Assembly: GCA_000004695.1 (NCBI GenBank)
Contig: CM000153.2
Coordinates: 4,096,001 to 4,160,000 of the forward strand
Length of the DNA: 64,000 nt
Source: Dictyostelium discoideum
Taxonomy: Eukaryota
Direction of reading: 5' to 3'
Each line of letters starts with the position of its first letter. Position 1 is the first letter of the stretch. Of this stretch, positions 30,891 to 41,732 are shown in pieces. Under the pieces are notes generated by a model. That model saw nothing but the letters and a program-made list of their open reading frames with translations. It searched no databases and had not been told where the DNA came from. Position numbers and translations under genes: made by a program.

Positions 30891-32029
30891 ATGGAAGAAT
30901 GTTCTCAAATTTCAACAATACCAGATCAAGAATCAATTGATAAAGTTGTAACACAAATTTCACCTCATCAAAAAACAATGGATCCATCGTCAGTGGGGTT
31001 TGTATATCATTGGATGTTTTCAATGATGGCATCAGCTTTAAATTTCAATAAACCAACCCCTTTGCCAACCGATAATATTATATTGGACAACAATGAAAAG
31101 GATAATAGCGATGGTGAAAATTTCATCCGATCTTCATTGGGTAATATAAGACTCTCTGCAAGTAGCGAAGAACCTGAATCCGATCCATTTTATACAAATA
31201 ATCATCATGATAGCAGTGATGACGATAGTGATCAACAAAATCAAGATAAAGAAAACGATGAAATAGTAAATAGTAATAACAATAACAATAATATAAATCC
31301 TAATAAATGTACAAAAAAAGATGAAAATAATAACAATAGTATCAAAACAACACAACATATAAATCAAAATAACTTTTTAACTTTACCTTCTAGTACTACA
31401 AAGAAAACATTAATTTTAGATTTGGATGAAACTTTAGTTCATTCAACATTAAAACCAGTAACACATCATCAAATTACAGTTAAAGTTTTAATTGAAGATA
31501 TGGATTGTACATTTTATGTTATTAAAAGACCACATGTTGATTACTTTTTGGAAAAGGTTTCACAATGGTACGATATAGTAATTTTCACTGCCAGTATGCA
31601 ACAATATGCCGATCCATTACTCGATCAATTAGATACTCATAAAGTTTTCAAAAAAAGATTATTTAGAGATGTATGTATTAATTAATTATTTATTGTATTA
31701 AAAATGAATTTTATTTTAACTTTTTTTTTATTTTATTTTATTTTTTTTTTTTTTTTATTTTTTTTTATTTTTAGTCTTGTTTAGAAAAAGATGGAAATTT
31801 CGTAAAAGATTTATCAATGATTGATCAAGATTTAACTTCAACTATTATTATTGATAATTCACCAATTGCATACTCGAATAACCTTGAAAATGCTTTACCA
31901 ATTGATAATTGGATGGGTGATAATCCATCTGATACTTCTTTGTTATCATTGTTACCATTCTTGGAAATCATTAGACACGTTCAAGATGTTAGAAGTATCC
32001 TCTCTTTAAGGTTATTAAATTCTCAATAA
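30891..32029 (+). CDS. CTD small phosphatase-like protein (FCP1/SCP/NIF family, HAD fold), copy 1, two exons
   Basis: Exon 1 is 30891..31670 (donor AGAGAT|GTATGT). Exon 2 is 31775..32029 (acceptor TTTTAG|). The catalytic motif is LILDLDETLVHS (DxDx[T/V]). The sequence ...YVIKRPHVDYFLEKVSQWYDIVIFTASMQQYADPLLDQLD...RLFRD|SCLEKDGNFVKDLSMIDQDLTSTIIIDNSPIAYSNNLENALPIDNWMGD matches human CTDSP1 (LFRESCVFHRGNYVKDL...IIDNSP). Confidence 0.85.
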
Positions 32030-33789
32030 TTATTGATTAATTTTTAACAGTTTTTTTAAAAAGAAAATAAAAAAAAGGCATCAAAATAAAAAAATAAAAA
32101 TAAAAGTCGATGTTAAATAAAATAAAAAAAAGATATATCTCAGATGTGAAAATAAAAAAAAAAAAAAAAAAAAAAAAAAATTATTTTAATAATTTTTTTT
32201 ATAAAAAGTGGATAAATTTTTAATTAATTGAAATTATTTCCAACTTTATAACTGATTATTATTATAAACAATGAAAGAAATAAAATTTAAAGGAGGTTGG
32301 TTATTTATTATTATTTTTATTTATTTATTTTTTTTTTTTAAAAACAACTATATATTTGTTTAAATATATAACTAAAAATAGTTCAAAATGATAGTTTGAT
32401 TAATTCTATTTATATCATTTTTTTTTATGATTAAAAAAAAATTTAACATAATTTATAATAATATTATTGAAATATATTAAAATAATATACGAAAAAAAAA
32501 AAAAAAAAAAAAAAAATAATAAATAATAAAAAAAAAAAAAAATTAATTTAACACTATTATAACAACAACAAAAAAAAAAAAAAAAAAAAAAAACGGTTTA
32601 TTTCAAACAATTATTTCAACAATAATTAAATTAACCCAATCAACTGGTGGTTCATCAAATTATTTGGATTTTTAATTTTAATTAAATTTTTATTTTTTTT
32701 TTTATTTTTTTTTTTTTTAATTCAAATTGGATTTTCAAAATAAATTTAATTTTAATTTAATTTTATTTTTAAAACATTTCAATTTATTTATTTTTATAAA
32801 TTTATTTTCTTTGTTTATCTCACAAATATTTATAAAAAACAAAACCCAAAAAAAGTAAAAAATTTTAATAATTGTTTATTTCATTTTTTATTTTTAATTG
32901 TTTTTTTTTTTTTTTTTTATTTTAATTTTTTTTTTTTTTTTAATAAAATTATAAAACAGATTAATCTTTGTTCGTTGTTAGTTTTTTTTTTCCCAAAAAA
33001 AATTTTAAATTGCTAATTAAAATTTTTTATTCTTTCATTTTATTATTTTCAAAACAATTGTATACTAGTAATAATATTAATAATAATAATAACAACAACT
33101 ATATTTTTTTTATATTTTTTTCTCGACAATCTTAGATTTCAAATTTCCAATTATATTAAAATTAATTTAAAGCAATAATAATAGATCATTAATAATTTTA
33201 TTTTCTATTTGTTTGTTGATAATTATAAAAACAAATACACATAATAACCAATTATTTAAATTTAATATTTTTTTTTTAAAAAAAAAATAAAAAAAAAAAA
33301 AAAAAAACTTTTAAACAAATAAATTGTTGTTTTAATTTTATTAATATTAATAACATATTCATTAAAATAATAGCAAACAAATTTTATTTATTTATTTATT
33401 TATTTTTTTTTTTTTCATACCAACAACCAATTAACAACATTTTTTTAATTACCAAAGAGAAAATAAAATAATAATATACAAATATTTAAATAATAACAAA
33501 TATATATTTATCACACACAAACCAATATTTTTTTTTTTTTTAAAAAAATTTTTAATTTTTTAATTTAAATTACTACAATACATATCATTTTTTTTTTTTT
33601 TTTTTCATTTTTTTTTTTTTATTAACACACCACCCAGGTAATTATTTTTAGACACACTCATACAAATTCATTATAAATTACTATAAAAAAAATCAATAAT
33701 CTATACTTATTTATTGGTTATTTAGGCAAATTAATTAATTTAAACCTCTGGGGTTAATTTTTTTAAAAAAAAAAAAATTAAAAAAAACC

Positions 33790-33822
<33 letters not shown>

Positions 33823-34108
33823 AAAAAAAATTAAACCATTATTAATTAAATAATAAACAATAAATAAATAAATATAATAAAATAAATAATCAACCACAAT
33901 TTCAAACATTTTCATTTATTAAAAATTACAATAACTCTTATCTTTTTGTATAAAATTAAATAATTTAATAACTTAAAAATATATTTATAAATAAACAGAA
34001 TTCATATAAATAAATTATTTTAAATTAAATATAAATTAATAAATTAATTATTTTTTTATTTCAAAAAAAAAAAGAAATATTTAAAAATAATAATAATAAT
34101 TATAATAA

Positions 34109-35316
34109 ATGGATGAATGTACACAAATTTCAAATGTACCAGATCAAGAATCAATTGAAAAGGTTGTAACACAAATTTCACCTCATCAAAAAACAATGGA
34201 CCCATCTTCAGTGGGCTTTGTTTATCATTGGATGTTTTCAATGATGGCATCAGCATTAAACCTCAATAAATTACCAAACATAAATAATGAAAATAATTTA
34301 ATAATCGATAATAATAATAGTAATAGTATTAATAATAATAATATTTTAAAAAATAAAAAAATAAAATCAGAAAATGACAGTAATAATAATAATAATAATA
34401 TTAATGAAAATAGTACAAATAAAGATGGTGAAAGTTGCATTCAATCTTTAAATGAAATCATTTTATCATCACCAGAGTGTTCATCATCATCATCCTCCTC
34501 CTCATCATTATCATCATCATTAAATATTGAAGAATCCGAAAAAATTAAAAATTGTGTAGATGATTGTGACCATAATCAACATCAAAATGAAAAACAAGAA
34601 AAATGTATTAACCAAGATAATAATCAAAATAATAATAATAATAATACTAGTACAATTCAACATTTTAATGAAATTAACTCTTTAAATATTCAAAATTTAA
34701 ATCAACCAAAGAAAACATTAATTTTAGATTTGGATGAAACTTTAGTTCATTCAACATTAAAACCAGTAACACATCATCAAATTACAGTTAAAGTTTTAAT
34801 TGAAGATATGGATTGTACATTTTATGTTATTAAAAGACCACATGTTGATTACTTTTTGGAAAAGGTTTCACAATGGTACGATATAGTAATTTTCACTGCC
34901 AGTATGCAACAATATGCCGATCCATTACTCGATCAATTAGATACTCATAAAGTTTTCAAAAAAAGATTATTTAGAGATGTATGTATTAATTAATTATAAT
35001 TTTTTTTAAAAATGAATTTTATTTTAACTCTTTATTTTTTTATTTTTTTTATTTTTAGTCTTGTTTAGAAAAACATGGAAATTTCGTAAAAGATTTATCG
35101 ATGATTGATCAAGATTTAACTTCAACTATTATTATTGATAATTCACCAATTGCATACTCGAATAACCTTGAAAATGCTTTACCAATTGATAATTGGATGG
35201 GTGATAATCCATCTGATACTTCTTTGTTATCATTGTTACCATTCTTGGAAATGATTAGACATGTTCAAGATGTTAGAAGTATCCTCTCTTTGAGGTTAAT
35301 TAATAATATGCAATAA
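34109..35316 (+). CDS. CTD small phosphatase-like protein, copy 2 (tandem paralog of 30891–32029), two exons
   Basis: Exon 1 is 34109..34978 and exon 2 is 35059..35316, with the same architecture as copy 1. The first ~50 aa and the whole phosphatase domain are near-identical to copy 1 (one D/H difference in exon 2). The middle low-complexity region differs. Confidence 0.85.
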
Positions 35317-35444
35317 AATAAAAATAATAAAATAATAAAAAATAATAAAAATATAATTATATAAAGTATTAATAATAATGATAAAAATAATAATAATAAT
35401 AATAATAATAATTCTTTTTTTTAATTTATTTATTTATTTATCTA

Positions 35445-35477
<33 letters not shown>

Positions 35478-36036
35478 TTAAATAAAAACTTTTTTATTGA
35501 TCATCACACTTCTTACGGTTGCTTTTTTTTGTTGTGTTTTTATTTATAAAATATAAAAGATTGGATAATGTGTCATTCTTTGACATTTTTCGTTTAATGA
35601 TCAATATTTCTTTTAATATTAAAAAATAACATTTATCTTTTTTTTATTTAATTTATTTATTTATTTATTTTTAATTTATTAATATTTTTTATTTAGGGGT
35701 ACCTTTCATTTGAATTAAAATAAAATGAAACCCTTTTCCAAATTTGGTAATTGTCCAAAACTAAAAACTAAAATATAAAAATTGGGAAAATTTCATTGAT
35801 TAAAAGCTGTTATATTTTTAAAAATGAAATATTAGATTTGTAATTAAAAAAGCATAATACTAAATTGAATATTAAGTTTTAAGGAAAAAAAAAAAAAAAA
35901 AAAAAAAAAAAATGAAAAAAAAAAAAAAAAAAAAAAAATGAAAAATTGAAAAAATTTTGGTTTATTGCATAACTTTAAAATAAAAAACTATAATTAGTTG
36001 AACGTTTAAAAAGATAAACGAGTTTTTTTGTACATA

Positions 36037-36572
36037 ATGTCTTCAACTAAAGCACCAGTTCCACCAACACAAGCTGAAATTCAACAAATTCAAGATCAAT
36101 TAATAAAAGCAAGAGATGCATTTCAAGTTCATGAAACAGGTAATGATTGTTTAATAATAGTGTATTTTAGGAAATACCAAATATTTGATGTGTGATCGCT
36201 ATAACAACAATTGTTATTGTTTATATTCAACAATTAATATATATCAATATATTTCACACAGTTAACTAATATATAGAATATATTTATATTAAATTTAATA
36301 TATATAGAATTACAAAAACTTTCAGCATCAAGATCTAAACTTTTAACTCAATTAAATGAAAATGAAATGGTAAAAAAAGAATTTGATTTATTAGAAAGTG
36401 AAGCTAAAATTTATAAACTTAATGGACCAGTACTTTTTAAACAAACAAAAGAAGAAGCAGAAAATACTATTACTTCTCGTTTAGATATTATAAATAATAA
36501 TTTGTAAGAATCAAATTTATCATATATATATATATACTTTTTTCTTAACTTTTAACACTGACATTATTATTA

Positions 36573-36641
<69 letters not shown>

Positions 36642-36766
36642 GAAAAACAATTGAAACTAATTTTAAAGATATTGAAAAGAAAGCAATGGAACAAAGAAAT
36701 AAAATTTTTGAATATCAAAATAAAATTAGAAGTTTAACAGCACCACCACCACCACAAGCACAATAA
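36037..36766 (+). CDS. Prefoldin subunit 6 (beta-type), three exons
   Basis: Exons are 36037..36139 (donor ACAG|GTAATG), 36308..36503 (acceptor ATATAG|; donor TT|GTAAGA) and 36643..36766 (acceptor TATTATAG|). The protein reads ...ELQKLSASRSKLLTQLNENEMVKKEFDLLESEAKIYKLNGPVLFKQTKEEAENTITSRLDIINNNLKTIETNFKD... and aligns to human PFDN6 (QKLEAQLTENNIVKEELALLDGSNVVFKLLGPVLVKQ...). Intron 2 carries (att)n. Confidence 0.8.
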
Positions 36767-36916
36767 AAGTAATAAAAAATATATATAAAAACAAACAAAA
36801 AAAAAAAAGATTATTATTTTAATTATACAATTTTAAAATTGTGGTTGTTTTTGATTTTGATTTTGGTTTTATTTTTTTATTTTTATTTTTTTTATTTTTT
36901 TATTTTTTTTTAATTT

Positions 36917-38165
36917 TTATTCTAAATCAGATTTAATAATATCTAATTTTGTAAATTGTTCAAAATATTTTTGAATTAAATTAATACCATGAGTGATATC
37001 AGCAACACCACAAGTTTCACGAATTGAATGCATTGATAATTGTGGATTACCAATATCTACAGTTCTAATACCATAAGTACCAGAAATGATTGGACCAATT
37101 GTTGAACCACATGGTGAATCATTTTTGACGAGGAATTCTTGAATTGGGATACCATTCTTTTTACAGATATCCAAGATAACAAAACTAGTTGGACCATTTG
37201 AAGCATAACGTAAATTTGCATTATATTTGATTACTGGACCTTTATTAAGAGCTGGTCTATGAAGTGGTTCATGATTTGCTGTGTAATTTGGATGAATAGC
37301 ATGTGCCATATCAGCAGAGATTAAGAAACTATTTCTTAAAGTTAAATCAATGAAATTGTTTAATTCATGTGGTTTACAAGTGGATGCAAACATTGAGCTA
37401 TTGACACGACTAATGGTATCATTGATCAATGGTGCACATGCACCTTGTGGTGAACTTGAGCCAACCTCTTCATTATCGAATAATATCACATTCAATACAT
37501 TCTCCTCTTGTGCCAATGTTGATTCTTTGACATTCAATAAACCAATCATTGCGCAATATGACATACCCAAATTATCACAACGTGGTGAGAAAATGAATTC
37601 ATCAAGTGCACCACCGATTGCAGCTGGTTGAGTATCGCAAACTGATAAATCAAAGTTTTGAATATCACCAACTGAACAACCCAATTCCTTACTTAACAAT
37701 TCCAAAAGTACTGCATGATGTTTAGTAGTACTTGAATTAACATCTTGTGGGTCACTTGTTTTTGGTGATTCAGTGGTGGTGGTGGTGGTGGTTGATTTAC
37801 TTTCTACTGGTTCTGATAATTTACTTGCAATCATTGGTACTAAATGATTTTGAGTATTATATTTAAATCCATCAGTGTTTACTGAACGATCGAGATGAAT
37901 TGCTAATGATGGAATTCTAAGAATTGGTTTCTTTATGTGAACTAATTTACTCTCATAACTACCATCACCTGATTTAACAATGACTCTACCTGCAACGGTT
38001 AAATCACGATCAAACCATGTATACCATAATCCACCACCATATGTTTCAACACCAACTTGTTGATATCCAACTGATTCAACTTTTGATACTGGTCTAACTT
38101 TAAAATTTGGACTATCAGTATGTGCTGCTGCAATATTAAAACCATTACCTGGTTTCTATTTATTA

Positions 38166-38222
<57 letters not shown>

Positions 38223-38488
38223 TTTATTTTTTTTTAAAATTTTTTTTTTTTTTTTAAAAAATAATTACATACATATTTACCACCAACTGCAAAAGCAGAA
38301 ATACATGATTGATTACGAGTAAAGAAATATTTTTTATTTGGTTGAATATCCCACATTTGTTTCTCTGATAAATGAATGAAACCTTTACTCTTTAAAATCT
38401 CTGAAAAGTATTGAACTGCATGATATGGTGATGGTGATTTATCAATAAATGAAATAAATTCCTTAGCTTGTGGTAAGTATTGTTCCAT
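36917..38488 (-). CDS. Aspartyl aminopeptidase (M18 family, DNPEP-like), two exons
   Basis: Exon 1 is 38488..38273 (MEQYLPQAKEFISFIDKSPSPYHAV...ISAFAVGGKY; donor TAT|GTATGT). Exon 2 is 38155..36917 (acceptor AAATAG|; KPGNGFNIAAAHTDSPNFKVRP...QQVGVETYGGGLWYTWFDRDLTVAGRVIVK...PILRIPSLAIHLDR...), matching human DNPEP. The ORF-track piece 36917..37834 is the tail of the same open frame. Confidence 0.85.
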
Positions 38489-39324
38489 ATTTCTAATATT
38501 ACTTTTTGTTGAATAATTAAATTGAATTGACTATATTAAAAAAAAAAAAAAAAATAAAAAAATAAAAAAAAAAAAAGTTAAAATAAATTACTTTAATTTG
38601 TTTTAATTTGTTTAAAAAAAAAATAAAAAAATAAAAAATAAATAAATACTCTTGATTTTGACACTAATGAAGTTTGGACGGGTAATTTAAAAAAAATTTT
38701 GAACATGTGATTTAAAAAAAATTAAAAAATTTTGGACATGTAATTTAAAAAAAATAAAAAAAAAAATTAAAATTGGAAAATTAGAAAAAAAATAAAAAAA
38801 AATAAAAAAAATAAAAAAATAAAAATAAAAAAAAAATAAAAAAAAATAAAAAAAAAGTTGATGCTGGGAATTTATTTATAAAACTTGGAATCAATCCTAT
38901 GGAAAAGAATTAATCAGATATTAAAATAAGCATTAAAATTTTATTTAAATGAACTTAATCTTAATTTTTTTTTAATTTTTCTATTTTAATTTTTTAATTT
39001 TTTATTTTCATTTTTAAATTTATTTATTTTTTTTTAAAACAATAATATCTAATTTTGGGTTGCCTTTGTAATTTTATTTATTTTTTTTTTATCACAATAT
39101 CTAATTTTAATTTGCCTTTTTTAAAATAGGTGATCTTTAAATTAATTTTTTTTTTTAAAAAATAAAGTATAAAATATTTTTTATGAGTTTTTTTATTTTT
39201 TTATTTTTTTTTTATTTTTTTATTTTTTTATTTTTTTATTTTTATTTTTATTTTTATTTTTTTTTTCATCATTGTCCTAATTTTGTATTGCAGTACAAAC
39301 AAATAATAAAAAAATAAAAAAATA

Positions 39325-40835
39325 ATGTATGAATTCTCTCTCTTTTTTTTTTTTTTTTTTTTTCATTTTTTTCAAAGTTTCTAATAAATTAACACTATAA
39401 TAATAATAATTATAATAATAATAATTATAATAATAATAATAATAATAATAATATAATAATAATAATAATAATAATTATAAAGGGATCCAATTAGTGAAAG
39501 ACAATCACTAATACCAAACTCTGGTAAGGGTAAAAATAGTGGTGGTATACCATCAGAACCAATATCAGCATCACAATCAACTAGATCATCAATTATTAAA
39601 TTATCATTAGTCAACATATCAGGTGGTTTAATTTTTGGATATAATACAGGTGTAATCTCACCAGTGTTAACATTGTTACCATTCACCAATTATACAGAGA
39701 TCAATCGTGGTTTACTAACATGTTCAATTTTAGTTGGTGCAATGATTGGTTCAATCGTTGGTGGTATCATTAGTGAAAGATTAGGTAGAAAATTATCAAT
39801 GCTAGTCATTTCAATCCTAACTCTCATCGGTACAATTGGTTCATCATTAGTACCACCAATGTGGTGGACTATGGCTTTTAGAGCTATCTTGGGTATTGGT
39901 GTTGGTATGTCTGCTATAGTTTGTCCAACTTATGTAGGTGAAATGTCACCAATGGAAAAAAAAGGAACATTAGGTACAATTTTTCAGGTATCTATTAAAA
40001 TTATATTATTTATTATTATTTTCATAACTATAATTTTATTAACCATATATATATTTTATATAATAGCTTGCAATTACATTTGGTATTTTCATAAGTAATG
40101 TATTTGGATTTGCACTTAAAAATGAAAAATATAATTTTAGAATATTGTTTGCAATTGGTGCAGCACCAGGAATATTCCTTTTAATTACATTCTTTTTCAT
40201 TCAAGAATCAACTAAATGGTTAAATAGAGTACAAGCAAAGAAATCAAATACAACTACTCTTTTAATTAATGTAATTATTTATTTATTATTTCCCCCTCTC
40301 CCTCCATCATTCTTTTTTTATATTTTTTTTTTATATAATTATTATTTTTTACTAATTTTTTATTATTTATAATTATTTTTTATAGCAAAAGAAAATTAAT
40401 AATAAAGTTGGAATTAAAGGTATTTTAACAAAACCAATTGGAAGATTTTCATTATTTATTGGTGTTATTTTAGCAGTTAATAATCAATTGACAGGTATAA
40501 ATGCATTTATGTTTTTCTCGCCATCAATTTTTGCAGCAGCTGGTATTAAGAATGGTAATGATCCAATGATTGCAACAATTTTATTGATGGCTTGGAATGT
40601 TGTTACAACTTTTATTGCAACTTTCTTAATCGATAGATTGGGTAGAAGAAAATTAATGTTGGTTGGTACATTGGTTATGACTTTATCTTGTATAGTATCT
40701 GCTATCTTAAATCTTACAATCAGTGGCACAACATTGGGTGTATTATCTGTAGTTTTCTTATTCATGTTTGTTGCAGCTTTTGAAGGTTCTGCAGGTCCAT
40801 TGGTAAGTCAAAAAAAAAAAAAAAAAAAAAATTTA

Positions 40836-40881
<46 letters not shown>

Positions 40882-41154
40882 AGTATATTAATATTTTATT
40901 TTTGTTATTAGTTTTGGATATTAGTTATAGAAATTTTCCCAGAAGATATTAGAGATGTTGGATCAACAATTTTAAATTCAGTTCAATGGAGTTTTAATAT
41001 TGCATTATCATTTAGTTTCCTTTCATTAGCAAATCTTATTGGAAATAATACATTTTTCATTTTTGGTGGATTTGGTATAATTTGTTTAGTCATTATGTAT
41101 ATCTATTTACCAGAAACAAAGAATGATGACGACGATGATGAAGATGAACAATAA
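39325..41154 (+). CDS. MFS sugar (hexose/inositol-type) transporter, four confident exons plus a putative split start codon
   Basis: Exons are 39483..39987 (TM1 GGLIFGYNTGVISPV; PMEKKGTLGTIFQ), 40067..40270 (LAITFGIFISNVFG...PESTKWL), 40386..40802 (QLTGINAFMFFSPSIF...LIDRLGRRKLML...EGSAGPL) and 40912..41154 (FWILVIEIFPEDIRDVGST...YLPETKNDDDDDEDEQ, stop). Donors are CAG|GTATC, AAT|GTAATT and TTG|GTAAGT; acceptors are AATAG|, TATAG| and TTATTAG|. The first coding exon is in phase 1 and a stop sits just upstream in frame. The start is therefore proposed as 'AT' at 39325..39326, then intron GTATGA...AAAG, then the 'G' at 39483. Confidence 0.75.
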
Positions 41155-41164
41155 TCGAATCAAA

Positions 41165-41225
<61 letters not shown>

Positions 41226-41344
41226 TTACTTGTATTTTATTTTCTATATAATTTATAGATATATAATATCATAATATCAATCATTCATAATATCAATCAC
41301 TCATAATATCAAAATCAAATAGAATTAATAATTAAATTAATTAC

Positions 41345-41377
<33 letters not shown>

Positions 41378-41386
41378 TTATATTTA

Positions 41387-41420
<34 letters not shown>

Positions 41421-41732
41421 GTAATAATAAATTACCAAACAATCAGTAGAGTCGATACCAATCCAGATTCACACTTTTTTTTTATTTTTATTTTTTTTTA
41501 AAATTAATATGTGACAACCCATTTTTTTTTTTTTTTTTTTTTTCTTAAAAATTTAAGGTTAATTGATTATAACATTTTCTTTTTTTAAGTTTTTTTGTTT
41601 TTTTTTTTTTAAATTTTTAATTTTTTTTTTATAATTGTATAAATTCAAAATTAGGAAATAATTATTTTGTTTTAATAAATAAATAATTAAATAAATAAAA
41701 TAAATAATAAAATATATTAAATATAATAAATA

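Noticed and set aside
30793-31032. Minus ORFs 30793–31032 and 34056–34256 (MPSLKTSND...)
   Set aside because: They are antisense to the conserved 5' ends of the two CTD-phosphatase paralogs. Their mutual similarity just reflects the duplication.
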